The notes below the pieces were generated by a model. That model made no database searches and was not told where the DNA came from. It saw only the letters and a list, made by a program, of their open reading frames with translations. The translations under genes were made by a program, and so were the position numbers. DNA of 59,051 nucleotides, the filler included. It is 2 parts of 2 records of this genome, joined end to end, with 100 filler letters (N's around TTAATTAATTAA, not from the genome) between each part and the next. Parts side by side here need not be neighbours in the genome. Positions count along the whole stretch, not along the records: positions 31,422 to 59,051 come from SRR20825006_2540; 1 more part is not named here. The stretch is one strand, 5' to 3'. Each line of letters opens with the position of its first letter. Within the stretch, counting starts at the first letter, position 1. Of this stretch, positions 48,261-57,971 are shown piece after piece.

Positions 48261-49256
48261 TTACCAGTCGGACATCATCGACGGGCCGCCAGATTTTTTG
48301 TTACACACAATCCGCCACAGCTTGAGATCGCCGGTTTCCAGCATCTTTTTGCGGCGGGTCCAGAACTCGGCTTCGCGCATCAGTGTCTGGATCATCATGG
48401 TGCCGTCGTCGCGTTTCGCAAGCGCAGCGGCCACTTCATCGGCACCGGCCCATGCTTTGTTGATCATATCCACATATTGCATGCTGATATCTTCAGATAC
48501 ACGCACTTGCAGGCGGTTTTTCTTGAGCATCTCTACCAGATCATCCGACAGCACCGGATAAGGATGATGCCGTTCGCCAACAACCCACTCCTTGTAACGA
48601 TCTTTACCGACCACAGAATCGCTCGAGATCACATATTCGGTCAGCAAGAACAAGCCACCCGGCTTGAGCTTGTCTTCGATCTTCGCAATCATCGAATTTT
48701 TGTCTTCGATGGTGTAGAGCGCCTCTTTGGAAAGGGCACGGTCATACTTGCGGTCGAAACCATCAAATTCTTCAGGGTTATATTGCTCAAGCTGCGCTTT
48801 TTTCTCGAGCCCGGACATTTTCGAGAGCTTGCGCCCCTTGTCCACCAGCATCTGCGATTCTTCAAAGCCGGTGATCCAGACACCAAAACGGTCCACCAGA
48901 ACGCGCGCGGGGCCGCCAAGGCCTGCGCCAATCTGCAGCATGGACATTTCAGGGCTGAGCGCCAGAAGCTTGGAAAGGGATACGATATAATCCGGGCCGC
49001 CAGGACCACAGAAGCCCTTGCCCCAGATATATTGGGCAATATCAACAGTAGCCGTGTCCCACGGGTCAAGATTTTCCGCAGACACAGCTTTAGGCGGCGC
49101 GATGTCAGCTTTCGCTGGTGCCTTCGCTTCGTCTTCCGGTTGACGACTACTTATACGCTTTTTGATATCTTCCGTATCATAGCCTTCCCACCAGGCCTTC
49201 AAGCGCAATTTCAGCGGTACGTCTGCACCTTTTTTTGGTTTCTGCTTAGCAGCCAA
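48261..49256 (-). CDS. Class I SAM-dependent methyltransferase (phosphoethanolamine/sarcosine N-methyltransferase-like)
   Basis: IWGKGF..PGG, LQIGAGLGG, LKPGG.F; TTG start. Confidence 0.7.
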   Translation of the reverse strand: MAAKQKPKKGADVPLKLRLKAWWEGYDTEDIKKRISSRQPEDEAKAPAKADIAPPKAVSAENLDPWDTATVDIAQYIWGKGFCGPGGPDYIVSLSKLLALSPEMSMLQIGAGLGGPARVLVDRFGVWITGFEESQMLVDKGRKLSKMSGLEKKAQLEQYNPEEFDGFDRKYDRALSKEALYTIEDKNSMIAKIEDKLKPGGLFLLTEYVISSDSVVGKDRYKEWVVGERHHPYPVLSDDLVEMLKKNRLQVRVSEDISMQYVDMINKAWAGADEVAAALAKRDDGTMMIQTLMREAEFWTRRKKMLETGDLKLWRIVCNKKSGGPSMMSDW

Positions 49257-49386
49257 TGTTCACACCCACGCAATGAAAACAGGACAACGCCCCATCGTGC
49301 CCTGCTTCTTCTCTCTTAGATATGAAAACCGATCAGGAACATTTTGCAAGCATGATCGATTAAAATTTTAGTAAAATTGGCTCATA

Positions 49387-51786
49387 TCAGCCTCGAAGTG
49401 TGGCTCCGACCGCCTTTTCAGCCGCCGCACACACCTTGGCCCCGATGGCTTCAATGTCCTTGTCAGCAAAGGTTTCACCCTTTGGCTCAAGTAGAACCGA
49501 CACGGCTACAGAGCGCTGATCTTCCGGCACACCCTTGCCTTCATAAAGATCAAAGATCTGCACATCAGTGATATGCACCTTATCAGCCCCCTTGATTGCA
49601 CGGATCAGATCTCCTGCTTTTGCATCCCTGGAGATGAGAAAGGCAAAATCCCGCTCCACCGCCTGAAGGTTGGAAACCTCCAGCGCGCCTTTCGCAGCAC
49701 CCGACTTGCGCCCAGAAGGCACATTATCAAGGAACACTTCAAAACCAACCACAGGGCCGTCCACATCCAGCGCCTTGAGGATACGCGGGTGCAACTCGCC
49801 AAAGCTTGCCAGAATATTCTTGGGGCCAAGGCGCAGTGTGCCCGAGCGACCTGGATGATAATAATCCGGCGCTTCGTCAAAAGCCTGTAGGTTGGCCACA
49901 GGCGCACCCACAGCTTCAAGCGCTGTCAGGGCATCACGCTTGGCGTCAAACACACTTACCTTCCGGCTCTGCTTTTCCCAGTGCCGTGGCGTTGCATCAC
50001 CTGACCGAATACCGGTTGCGGTCAGAAGCTGGCCTTTTTCCGTGTCATTGCGGTAAATACCGCCCACTTCAAAAAGCGCGATGCTTGAGGCACCCCGGTC
50101 AGCGTTGCGACCCGCCGCAGAAATCAGGTTCGCGAGGATCGTGGGGCGCATGCAGTCCAGCTCGCTTGAGATCGGGTTATCAACCACAAGCGTCTCGTCA
50201 CCACCACCAAACAACACCGCGTCCTCACGCTTCATAAACGACCAGGTAACAGCCTCACACATGCCAGCCGCCGCAAGCCCGCGTTTTGCAGCGCGGCTTT
50301 GTTTCTGGCGTGGGCTTAGCGTGGTGCCCGCCTTATGGTTGGTGGCCGGGAGCTGCACGCTCGGGATATTGTCGTACCCGTGAATACGCAGCACTTCTTC
50401 AACAATATCGGCTTCGCCTTCCACATCCACACGCCATGAAGGCACATGCACCGTGTAGGGGTCGTCTCCCACAACGGTGAAACCAAGTTTTGCGAGAATG
50501 GCAAGGCTGGTTTCCGCGCGCAGATCAACACCACCCAGTGTTTTCACCCGCTCGGAACGGAACGGCACAGTGCGGTCCCATGTCGGCACAGCGCCCGCTT
50601 CAAACGGTTCGCTTGTCTCCCCACCACAAAGGTCGAGAATCAGGCTGGTCGCAATCTCAACGCCCTGACGGACAAACTGGCTATCCACGCCGCGCTCAAA
50701 ACGGTAGCGCGCATCGGTGTTGATACCGTGTGTGCGGCCCGTCATCGCGGTTGAGATAGGGTCAAACAGCGCAGCCTCAAGCACAAGGTCCGTAGTGTTT
50801 TCATCACAGCCTGTGTCTTCGCCGCCAATCACACCACCAAAACCGAGTACGGCTTTATCATCCGCAATCACAGTCTCACCGCCATTGCAGGTGTGGGTTT
50901 TGCCGTCAAGCGCGAGGAAGCTTTCGCCTTTTTCTGCCAGACGAGCCTTCAGATTTCCGTTGAGTTTCGTCGCGTCATACACATGAAGCGGGCGCCCAAG
51001 GTCATAAGAAACATAATTGGTAATATCAACGAGCGCCGAGATAGGGCGCAGGCCAATCGCCTTAAGGCGGTCCTGCATCCATTTGGGACTCGGGCCGTTT
51101 TTCACGCCCTTGAAACGACGGCCCACAAAATGCGGGCACGCAGCCTCTTGACCCGCGGGCAGGTCGATAGAGACCGAAATATCGCTTTTAAACGAGCCCT
51201 GTACCTTCTCGTCAGACGGGTGCTTGAGCGTACCAACGCCTGCCGCCGCAAGGTCACGCGCTACACCGTAAACTCCCAGGCAGTCCTGCCGGTTAGGTGT
51301 GATGGCGATATCAATCACGGGTTCATCAAGCTTCGCATACTCAACAAAAGACATACCCACAGGAGCGTCCTCCGCAAGCTCAATAATGCCGTCATGGTCA
51401 TCACCAAGCTCAAGCTCACGATATGAACACATCATACCGGACGATTCGACGCCGCGGATCTTTGCTTTCTTGAGCGTGACATCAAGCCCGGGCACATAGT
51501 CGCCCGGCTGCCCCAGCACAACTTTAATGCCGGTGCGCGCGTTGGGTGCGCCGCAAACGATCTGCATCTCGGTCTTGCCGTCCGATACCTTGCAAACCTT
51601 CAGCTTGTCAGCATCCGGGTGTTTTTCAGCCGAGACAACCTGCGCGATGGTGAAAGGTGCCAGCGCGTCAGCCGGGTTTTCAACACCCTCAACCTCAAGG
51701 CCGATAGCATTCAGTTTCGCGAGGATTTCCTCAAGGCTTGCGTCTGTATCCAGATAGTCCTTGAGCCAGCTTAGGGTGAATTTCAT
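49387..51786 (-). CDS. pheT: Phenylalanyl-tRNA synthetase beta subunit
   Basis: [42 protein letters not shown] overlap with pheS. Confidence 0.97.
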   Translation of the reverse strand: MKFTLSWLKDYLDTDASLEEILAKLNAIGLEVEGVENPADALAPFTIAQVVSAEKHPDADKLKVCKVSDGKTEMQIVCGAPNARTGIKVVLGQPGDYVPGLDVTLKKAKIRGVESSGMMCSYRELELGDDHDGIIELAEDAPVGMSFVEYAKLDEPVIDIAITPNRQDCLGVYGVARDLAAAGVGTLKHPSDEKVQGSFKSDISVSIDLPAGQEAACPHFVGRRFKGVKNGPSPKWMQDRLKAIGLRPISALVDITNYVSYDLGRPLHVYDATKLNGNLKARLAEKGESFLALDGKTHTCNGGETVIADDKAVLGFGGVIGGEDTGCDENTTDLVLEAALFDPISTAMTGRTHGINTDARYRFERGVDSQFVRQGVEIATSLILDLCGGETSEPFEAGAVPTWDRTVPFRSERVKTLGGVDLRAETSLAILAKLGFTVVGDDPYTVHVPSWRVDVEGEADIVEEVLRIHGYDNIPSVQLPATNHKAGTTLSPRQKQSRAAKRGLAAAGMCEAVTWSFMKREDAVLFGGGDETLVVDNPISSELDCMRPTILANLISAAGRNADRGASSIALFEVGGIYRNDTEKGQLLTATGIRSGDATPRHWEKQSRKVSVFDAKRDALTALEAVGAPVANLQAFDEAPDYYHPGRSGTLRLGPKNILASFGELHPRILKALDVDGPVVGFEVFLDNVPSGRKSGAAKGALEVSNLQAVERDFAFLISRDAKAGDLIRAIKGADKVHITDVQIFDLYEGKGVPEDQRSVAVSVLLEPKGETFADKDIEAIGAKVCAAAEKAVGATLRG

Positions 51787-52862
51787 CGGCTGAGCCCTCC
51801 AGCGATCGTCGGCAAGTCCAGTGCCCGGAAACCATAGTGTTTGAGCCACCTGAGGTCGCTGTCGAACACAGCACGCAGGTCATTGATGCCGTATTTCAGC
51901 ATAGCAAGACGGTCGATGCCCACACCAAAAGCAAAACCCTGATAAACGTTCGGATCAAGGTTACAGGCGGTCAGCACTTTGGGGTGAACCATGCCGGAGC
52001 CGAGAATCTCAAGCCAGTCGTTACCATCACCAATCTTGAGCGTGCCACCTTCAAAGCTGCACTGCACATCCACTTCCATTGAAGGTTCGGTGAACGGGAA
52101 ATAGCTGGGCCTGAGGCGAAGCGTTACCGCATCCACCTCAAAAAACGCTTTGAGGAAAGCCTCAAGCGTGCCCTTGAGGTGGCCAAGGTGTGTATCACGG
52201 TCGATCACAAGGCCTTCAAGCTGGTGGAACATGGGTGTGTGTGTCGCGTCCCAGTCAGAACGGTACGTCCGGCCCGGCGCGATAATGCGAATGGGCGGCT
52301 CTTTCGAAAGCATTGTCCGTACCTGCACGGGGCTTGTGTGCGTGCGCAGCACCTTGCGCTCCCCGTTCGCGTCAGGCTTCAGGTAGAAGGTGTCATGGTC
52401 CTGACGGGCAGGGTGTTCTTCGGGGATGTTGAGTGCGGTGAAGTTATGAAAATCATTTTCGATATCCGGCCCTTCTGCAACATCAAACCCGAGGCCTGCA
52501 AAAATCTCTGCTATTTCGTCCATCACTTGGCTGATCGGGTGAATGCTGCCCATGGGGTGATTGGACACCGGCAGGGTGATATCCACCTTCTCGGATTTGA
52601 GGCGTGCTTCAAGAGCAGCTTCTTCCAGCACCTCTTTGGCTTTGGCAATCTCGTTTGCCACATCGGTCTTCAGGCCATTGAGCGCCGGGCCCATTTCCTT
52701 GCGCTCTTCAGGGCTCATGCGGCCGAGGCCTTTCATCAGCTCTGAAACACTGCCTTTTTTGCCAAGTGCGCCAACACGAATGTCTTCAAGGGCGGCGAGA
52801 TCGCCTGCGGCCTTGATGCGCGCTGTGATGTCCTCTCTGAGGGCTGAGATTTGTTCCTGCAT
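51783..52862 (-). CDS. pheS: Phenylalanyl-tRNA synthetase alpha subunit
   Basis: [43 protein letters not shown]. Confidence 0.97.
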   Translation of the reverse strand: MQEQISALREDITARIKAAGDLAALEDIRVGALGKKGSVSELMKGLGRMSPEERKEMGPALNGLKTDVANEIAKAKEVLEEAALEARLKSEKVDITLPVSNHPMGSIHPISQVMDEIAEIFAGLGFDVAEGPDIENDFHNFTALNIPEEHPARQDHDTFYLKPDANGERKVLRTHTSPVQVRTMLSKEPPIRIIAPGRTYRSDWDATHTPMFHQLEGLVIDRDTHLGHLKGTLEAFLKAFFEVDAVTLRLRPSYFPFTEPSMEVDVQCSFEGGTLKIGDGNDWLEILGSGMVHPKVLTACNLDPNVYQGFAFGVGIDRLAMLKYGINDLRAVFDSDLRWLKHYGFRALDLPTIAGGLSR

Positions 52863-52955
52863 GTCTCTTCCGCTTTGGGATGATCAGATCGAAATATTCT
52901 AAGTAGGTGTTATCTGCGCCGACGAATATGTCGAGGGAATAAGCACGGCGCAAAT

Positions 52956-52986
52956 AAAAAGGGGCCTCGCCAACGGCCAGGCCCCC
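52956..52986 (-). terminator. Intrinsic terminator after rplT
   Basis: Minus strand GGGGCCT-GGCCGTTGGCG-AGGCCCC-TTTTT. Confidence 0.75.
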
Positions 52987-53024
52987 AATTATTTTGTGGT
53001 CGCGATGTAGTCGCGAAACCAGCC

Positions 53025-53384
53025 TTACTTGGCGAGGGCGGCCTTAGCCTGTTCCACAAGCGCTTCAAATGCAGCTGGTTCAGTGATCGCGAGGTCGCTC
53101 AGCACTTTACGGTCAAGCTCAACACCAGCGAGCTTGAGGCCGTGCATGAACTGGCCATATTGCAGACCGAGAGCGCGTGAACCGGCGTTGATACGCTGGA
53201 TCCACAGAGCGCGGAACGTGCGCTTGCGTGCTTTACGGTCGCGGTATGCGTACTGGCCAGCTTTTTCAACAGCCTGGCGAGCAACCTTGATTGTGTTTTT
53301 ACGACGGCCCCGATAGCCTTTGGCTTGCTCGAGAACCTTTTTGTGACGGGCGTGTGATGTTAGTCCGCGCGTGACACGTGCCAT
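53025..53384 (-). CDS. rplT: 50S ribosomal protein L20
   Basis: [36 protein letters not shown]. Confidence 0.98.
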   Translation of the reverse strand: MARVTRGLTSHARHKKVLEQAKGYRGRRKNTIKVARQAVEKAGQYAYRDRKARKRTFRALWIQRINAGSRALGLQYGQFMHGLKLAGVELDRKVLSDLAITEPAAFEALVEQAKAALAK

Positions 53385-53421
53385 GGTATTTTCTCCTTAA
53401 CCTTGAAGACCTAAACGGGGC

Positions 53422-53622
53422 TTAGCCGCCGTAAGGCATAAACTTCTTAACGATGTTAGCGTCACAATCTGCAAGGATAGTGGTGCCACGCAGGTTACGG
53501 ATTTGCTTGTTGGTACGCTTGATCATACCGTGCTGTTTACCAGCCTGGTTTGCACGTACTTTACCAGAAGCGGTCAAGCTGAAGCGCTTTTTCACGCTCG
53601 ATTTCGTTTTCATCTTGGGCAT
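53422..53622 (-). CDS. rpmI: 50S ribosomal protein L35
   Basis: [23 protein letters not shown] after GAGG. Confidence 0.96.
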   Translation of the reverse strand: MPKMKTKSSVKKRFSLTASGKVRANQAGKQHGMIKRTNKQIRNLRGTTILADCDANIVKKFMPYGG

Positions 53623-53708
53623 TTTGTCCTCACTTATTACTTGCAAGTTCGACTTTTCTGAACCGGCGCGGCAGCCCTAAAATAGCCGGACGGTTCGATG
53701 AAGTGGGG

Positions 53709-53737
53709 TGTATAACGCCGGAAGCCGCCGTTTGCAA
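53709..53737 (-). promoter_or_regulatory. Sigma70 promoter of rpmI-rplT
   Basis: TTGCAA-N17-TATACA, same architecture as the tRNA promoter. Confidence 0.6.
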
Positions 53738-53779
53738 GCAGATTCGAGGGCTTATCTGACGCCGGATATTGCATGAAAG

Positions 53780-54709
53780 ATGGCCTCGTGGGAAACTGCC
53801 CGCATGAGATCATATTTGCATAGCGCACTCAAGCGCCAAACCCCTGTCGCCCTTAGGATTTTTGCTGTCTTTCTGCTGCTTGTAGGGACCGGATTACCTT
53901 CCGCGACTGCGGCTCCTGCCCTGTGGCGCATGGCAGACAGCGATACCGAGGTTTATATTTTTGGCACGCTGCATGTCCTCAGCACAGAAACCAACTGGCT
54001 GACGACAGAAACCAAAGCAGCCTTTGATGGTGCAGACGGCCTGATCGTGGAGCTGGACGGTGACCAGATATCCCGCGCTGGCCCCTTGTTTACCGAGGCC
54101 GGACGTCTGCCAGACAGCCAAAGTCTGCGGTCGCTTGTTGGCAACGGTGTCTATAATGACGTAGAGCGCCTGTGCAGGAAGCTGAACGTGCCCACAGGCA
54201 CTTTCGAGAAAACACGACCATGGTTTGCGGGCATGTCGCTGGCGGTTATTGGCCTCGTGAAAGCGGGCTATGACCCGGCAAGCGGGGCAGACAAATATTT
54301 CATCGCACAAGCAGAAACGGCGAATAAGCCGATTTACGGCCTTGAGGTGGCAGAGCAACAGGTGGCGCTTTTTTCCACCCTCTCGCTGGCACAGGAAAAG
54401 GCTCTGCTGGTTGATACACTCAGGCAAAATGCCGAGCTGGATGTCTATTACGCGCAGATGCAAGGCGCCTGGCTTTATGGCAACACAGAGATGCTGGACC
54501 AGATTATCAACGATTCGCTCTCGCTAGCCCCCGGCCTTGAAGAGCATCTGCTGACAAATCGCAACCGGGACTGGGCGGCCAAGCTCGCCCAGGTCCTTGA
54601 CCGACCCGGACGCTATTTTATGGCCGTTGGTGCCGGGCACCTTGTTGGCGAAAATTCCGTGATCGACCTGCTGCAGAAAAACGGCGCTGTCATCACGCGG
54701 GTTCAGTAA
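53780..54709 (+). CDS. TraB/GumN (TIKI-like) family protein
   Basis: Signal peptide, PALW, FGTLH, RPW, GLE..EQ, RNRDW, AVGAGHL; start uncertain. Confidence 0.88.
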   Translation: MASWETARMRSYLHSALKRQTPVALRIFAVFLLLVGTGLPSATAAPALWRMADSDTEVYIFGTLHVLSTETNWLTTETKAAFDGADGLIVELDGDQISRAGPLFTEAGRLPDSQSLRSLVGNGVYNDVERLCRKLNVPTGTFEKTRPWFAGMSLAVIGLVKAGYDPASGADKYFIAQAETANKPIYGLEVAEQQVALFSTLSLAQEKALLVDTLRQNAELDVYYAQMQGAWLYGNTEMLDQIINDSLSLAPGLEEHLLTNRNRDWAAKLAQVLDRPGRYFMAVGAGHLVGENSVIDLLQKNGAVITRVQ

Positions 54710-54725
54710 ATAAGGGGAAAAGTTC

Positions 54726-55121
54726 ATGGCTGGATACTCTGGTACGCCGCTAATCAAGAAATTGGGGATCAAAGACGGCCATAGAATACAGACGGTCCAT
54801 GCGCCTGCGCACTACAGCAACCTTCTAGGGGAGTTGCCGGTTGGTGTTGTTGAGGTAACGACAAACAGTGACTTTATCCACGCGTTCTATATTGAACGGA
54901 CTGACTTTGAGCGTGACCTGGAAAACCTGATAGCCGCCATCAAACGTGACGGCATGATCTGGATATCATGGCCGAAAAAGGCTTCAAAAGTCCCAACCAG
55001 CATGACCGAAGATGTGGTACGTGAGGTAGCCCTTCCCATCGGGCTTGTGGATATCAAGGTCTGCGCTGTGGATGAGGTCTGGTCCGGGCTCAAGCTCGTA
55101 ATCAGAAAAGAGCTACGCTAA
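54726..55121 (+). CDS. DUF3052 family protein
   Basis: GYSGTPL.KKLGIK, WISWPKKAS, GLVDIKVCAVDE.WSGLK. Confidence 0.8.
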   Translation: MAGYSGTPLIKKLGIKDGHRIQTVHAPAHYSNLLGELPVGVVEVTTNSDFIHAFYIERTDFERDLENLIAAIKRDGMIWISWPKKASKVPTSMTEDVVREVALPIGLVDIKVCAVDEVWSGLKLVIRKELR

Positions 55122-56155
55122 AGGCGCTCGATTATCGCTTGGTGGTCCGGCAACAAGCGATCGAGAATTTGAACCGCCTCCGCTCTTTTCATCACAGCCG
55201 CGCCAACCTTTGTTGGATAGCAGCTATAATCATCGCCAAATAGTGGAGTCGGTAGATGGGGGAAATACCGTGCGCGCAGCGCTTCGTTGCTCGCGTCAAA
55301 CCGCTTCACAAAAGCCTCGGCATCCGACCGGGCGGGCAGAATGCCGGTTCCCCCCATCTCGCGTTCCAAAACCTCCAAGAGCAAAGCCCTCTTATCACTA
55401 TCCATAGAGAACGGTGTATTGCCGAGCGTATTCAAGAAGAGCAGAAGCCGCTGCGCATCGAGGTTGAGCGAAGCGTTCACCCTCGATGCGCGAGGCCACG
55501 TTCCTGCCACGGGTAACTTGATTGCCGATGTAAAATCGTCAAGCAGGTCCTTACCCTCAAATTCGTCAGCACCAAAAAGACGAACATCAATAGCGTCCTG
55601 CCCAAACACTGAAGCGTAAAGCTTCGCCACCCTGAAGTGGTTATATCTGTGGGATTGCTCGTCCGCGCCTAGATCAGGCGAGGGTACCTCAAAACCCAAT
55701 CGAAGCGCTGTGGAGAAATGGCTCACCGCCACATGATCCTGCCGACGTACGTAAAATATAATGCGAATGGTGCGAGCGAAGCACCCTAGCAGGTCAGCCA
55801 AGCGCCTCACCGACGCCTCCGTCACCACTTCAGACTGACAATGCTCGCTTGATAGTACAAGCGCATGCATTGGCGCCTTAACTGCCTCAATCTCCGCTTT
55901 AAGGCGCGCCGCAATCTTTTCCTGCCGCGCGTTCAGCTTGCTTGCATCGGTTATCCCTACGCCCGTGAGAAATGCCGCATTGGCAAAATCTTGCTGCGCA
56001 TAAACCGCGAGCCGAACGTGGCTTAGCTCACCTGGCGCGCGAGGGATAAAATAGCCATTTTTCTTGAATGCCGCACGGTTGTCCGCAAGGAACTTCTGAA
56101 TAGTCGTGGACCCGGTTTTTTCTCCGCCGAGGTGCAGGTAGCAGGTATCAAACAT
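55118..56155 (-). CDS. Sulfotransferase-like protein
   Basis: HLGGEKTGSTTIQ (5'-PSB-like), LSSE, YVRRQD...S (3'-PB-like), N.SL. Confidence 0.6.
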   Translation of the reverse strand: MFDTCYLHLGGEKTGSTTIQKFLADNRAAFKKNGYFIPRAPGELSHVRLAVYAQQDFANAAFLTGVGITDASKLNARQEKIAARLKAEIEAVKAPMHALVLSSEHCQSEVVTEASVRRLADLLGCFARTIRIIFYVRRQDHVAVSHFSTALRLGFEVPSPDLGADEQSHRYNHFRVAKLYASVFGQDAIDVRLFGADEFEGKDLLDDFTSAIKLPVAGTWPRASRVNASLNLDAQRLLLFLNTLGNTPFSMDSDKRALLLEVLEREMGGTGILPARSDAEAFVKRFDASNEALRARYFPHLPTPLFGDDYSCYPTKVGAAVMKRAEAVQILDRLLPDHQAIIERL

Positions 56156-56189
56156 CGGCCGCCTTTCCTGGGTTTAGGCTTTTAGGGGT

Positions 56190-56918
56190 CTAGACGTTCA
56201 GGCTTTCCGCAATCGCGGTTGCTGCCGCTGCCGGGTCTTCGGCTTGTGTGATAGGGCGACCGATCACGAGGATATCTGCCCCTGCGGTAACCGCATCCTG
56301 AGGGGTCATCACCCGTTTCTGGTCACCCACAGCCGCGCCAGCGGGTCGAATGCCGGGCACAATCAGCTTGAAACCCGGGTTTGTGGCGGCACGCGCCAAG
56401 GTGATCTCTTTGGGGCTGCAGACAAGGCCATCAATACCGCAGTCTTGCGCGAGTGCGGCCAGGCGCGCCACCTGATCCGGTATCGCGTCACCAACACCAA
56501 TTGCGTTCAGGTCACTGCCATCAAGGCTCGTCAGCACGCTGACGCCAATCACCCACGGCCTGGTATGGCCATGACGTTCGGCTTCCTCGCGCGCCGCATC
56601 AGCAGCACGGCGCACCATCTCCGGCCCACCCTGAGTGTGGATAGTGAAAAGCTTCGGGCCAAGAGGCGCCACAGCGCGGATCGCACCGGCAACTGTATTG
56701 GGGATATCGTGAAACTTCAGGTCCAGGAAGATGGGTAAGCCCTCTTCCGCCACCCGTTTGTATCCGTCTGCGCCATTTGCACAGTAAAACTCAAGCCCGA
56801 GCTTGATGCCACCAACAGTTCCCTTAAGCGCGCACGCAAGCTTTGCAGCAGCCGCCACATCAACCGTATCAAGGGCACAATAAATTCGCTCTTTTGGGTG
56901 AGAGGATGTGGGCTGCAT
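56190..56918 (-). CDS. pyrF: Orotidine-5'-phosphate decarboxylase
   Basis: ALD, KLGLE, FLDLKFHDIPNTV, VLTS, VPGIRP, DQKR, VIGRPIT; ATG after AAGGA. Confidence 0.96.
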   Translation of the reverse strand: MQPTSSHPKERIYCALDTVDVAAAAKLACALKGTVGGIKLGLEFYCANGADGYKRVAEEGLPIFLDLKFHDIPNTVAGAIRAVAPLGPKLFTIHTQGGPEMVRRAADAAREEAERHGHTRPWVIGVSVLTSLDGSDLNAIGVGDAIPDQVARLAALAQDCGIDGLVCSPKEITLARAATNPGFKLIVPGIRPAGAAVGDQKRVMTPQDAVTAGADILVIGRPITQAEDPAAAATAIAESLNV

Positions 56919-57006
56919 GCGGGCGTCCTTCGTTCTGAATAGGGTGGTATTCTGTATAGGGTAGTTTCTTGGCGCTGAACCATTGCCTAGCAGCAATTAG
57001 CGCTCT

Positions 57007-57381
57007 TTAGCCCTGTTTGGCCCGGTTTGGCAAGGCTTCGGTCGCAGCCCGCACGTTAGAGTGCGCCTCGTCCGCGTGGGATTTGTGGGCGTCCTCCGAA
57101 AGGGCAGAAACCTGATCCTCCAGATAACCGGCGCGGCGCTCGGCCTGCCGCCTTGCGGCAAAGCCCTTCAGCCGGAGCCACCCTGTTACACCAGCGGCAA
57201 CAAGAAGCCCGATAAAAATGCCAAGGAAGAGAATGCCGTAAACCGGCAGCTCTAGTGAGAAACCAAAGGGTTCGAACGTGAGCGGGAGCCAAGCACGGTT
57301 ATTGATGGAAAAAAGGACAAGACCCGCCGCCAGCAAAAGCCAGAAAAGACGGCGAATCATCAACATGAGCGACTTTGCCAT
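57007..57381 (-). CDS. lapA: LapA-domain (DUF1049) membrane protein
   Basis: FSINNR, two TMs, C-terminal coiled coil; ihfB-lapA-pyrF synteny. Confidence 0.75.
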   Translation of the reverse strand: MAKSLMLMIRRLFWLLLAAGLVLFSINNRAWLPLTFEPFGFSLELPVYGILFLGIFIGLLVAAGVTGWLRLKGFAARRQAERRAGYLEDQVSALSEDAHKSHADEAHSNVRAATEALPNRAKQG

Positions 57382-57444
57382 GACACTCTCTCAAAAATTA
57401 CTGATGCGCAATGGCAGCGAGTTGGGCAGAGATGCCCAGCTTGC

Positions 57445-57723
57445 TTATTTGTTCAGGCGCTCTCGCAAGTCTTTACCGGTTTTAAAGTAAGGCACGCGTT
57501 TTTCAGCAACCTCAACCTTCTCACCGGTGCGCGGATTGCGCCCGACCCGAGCAGGCCGTTCTTTCACAGAAAAAGCACCAAAACCGCGGAGTTCAACCCG
57601 ATCTCCTCGTGAGAGTGCTGCGGTAATTTCATCAAAAATCTTCGAAACAATACGTTCAACATCCCGGTAATACAGGTGGGGATTGGCTTCAGAAATTTTT
57701 GCAATCAACTCGGACTTTATCAT
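57445..57723 (-). CDS. ihfB: Integration host factor beta
   Basis: [39 protein letters not shown]. Confidence 0.96.
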   Translation of the reverse strand: MIKSELIAKISEANPHLYYRDVERIVSKIFDEITAALSRGDRVELRGFGAFSVKERPARVGRNPRTGEKVEVAEKRVPYFKTGKDLRERLNK

Positions 57724-57915
57724 CGATGTCCTCCCCTCGGGGCAATTTTGTCAGCATCACTCTAAACGAAGCTACCCGTGTCCAGAAAGCCAAGCGTGCC
57801 ACCTGATCTCGCCCACGTCAAGATAAGCCTTTCAAAGGAAAGGGCTTTTAACAGAAGTTTTATCAAAGCTAAGGGAAAGACATGGCCGTGGTGTGTCATT
57901 TTCATGCAGAAAAGC

Positions 57916-57946
57916 AAAAAGGCCGCCCCAATTTGGGACGGCCTTT
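57916..57946 (-). terminator. Intrinsic terminator after rpsA
   Basis: Minus strand AAAGGCCGTCCCA-AAT-TGGGGCGGCCTTTTT. Confidence 0.8.
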
Positions 57947-57971
57947 CGCATCTCTAACCTGCTGGTGCAGA

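Noticed and set aside
52863-53024. pheM-like attenuator peptide
   Set aside because: No short Phe-rich ORF on the minus strand.
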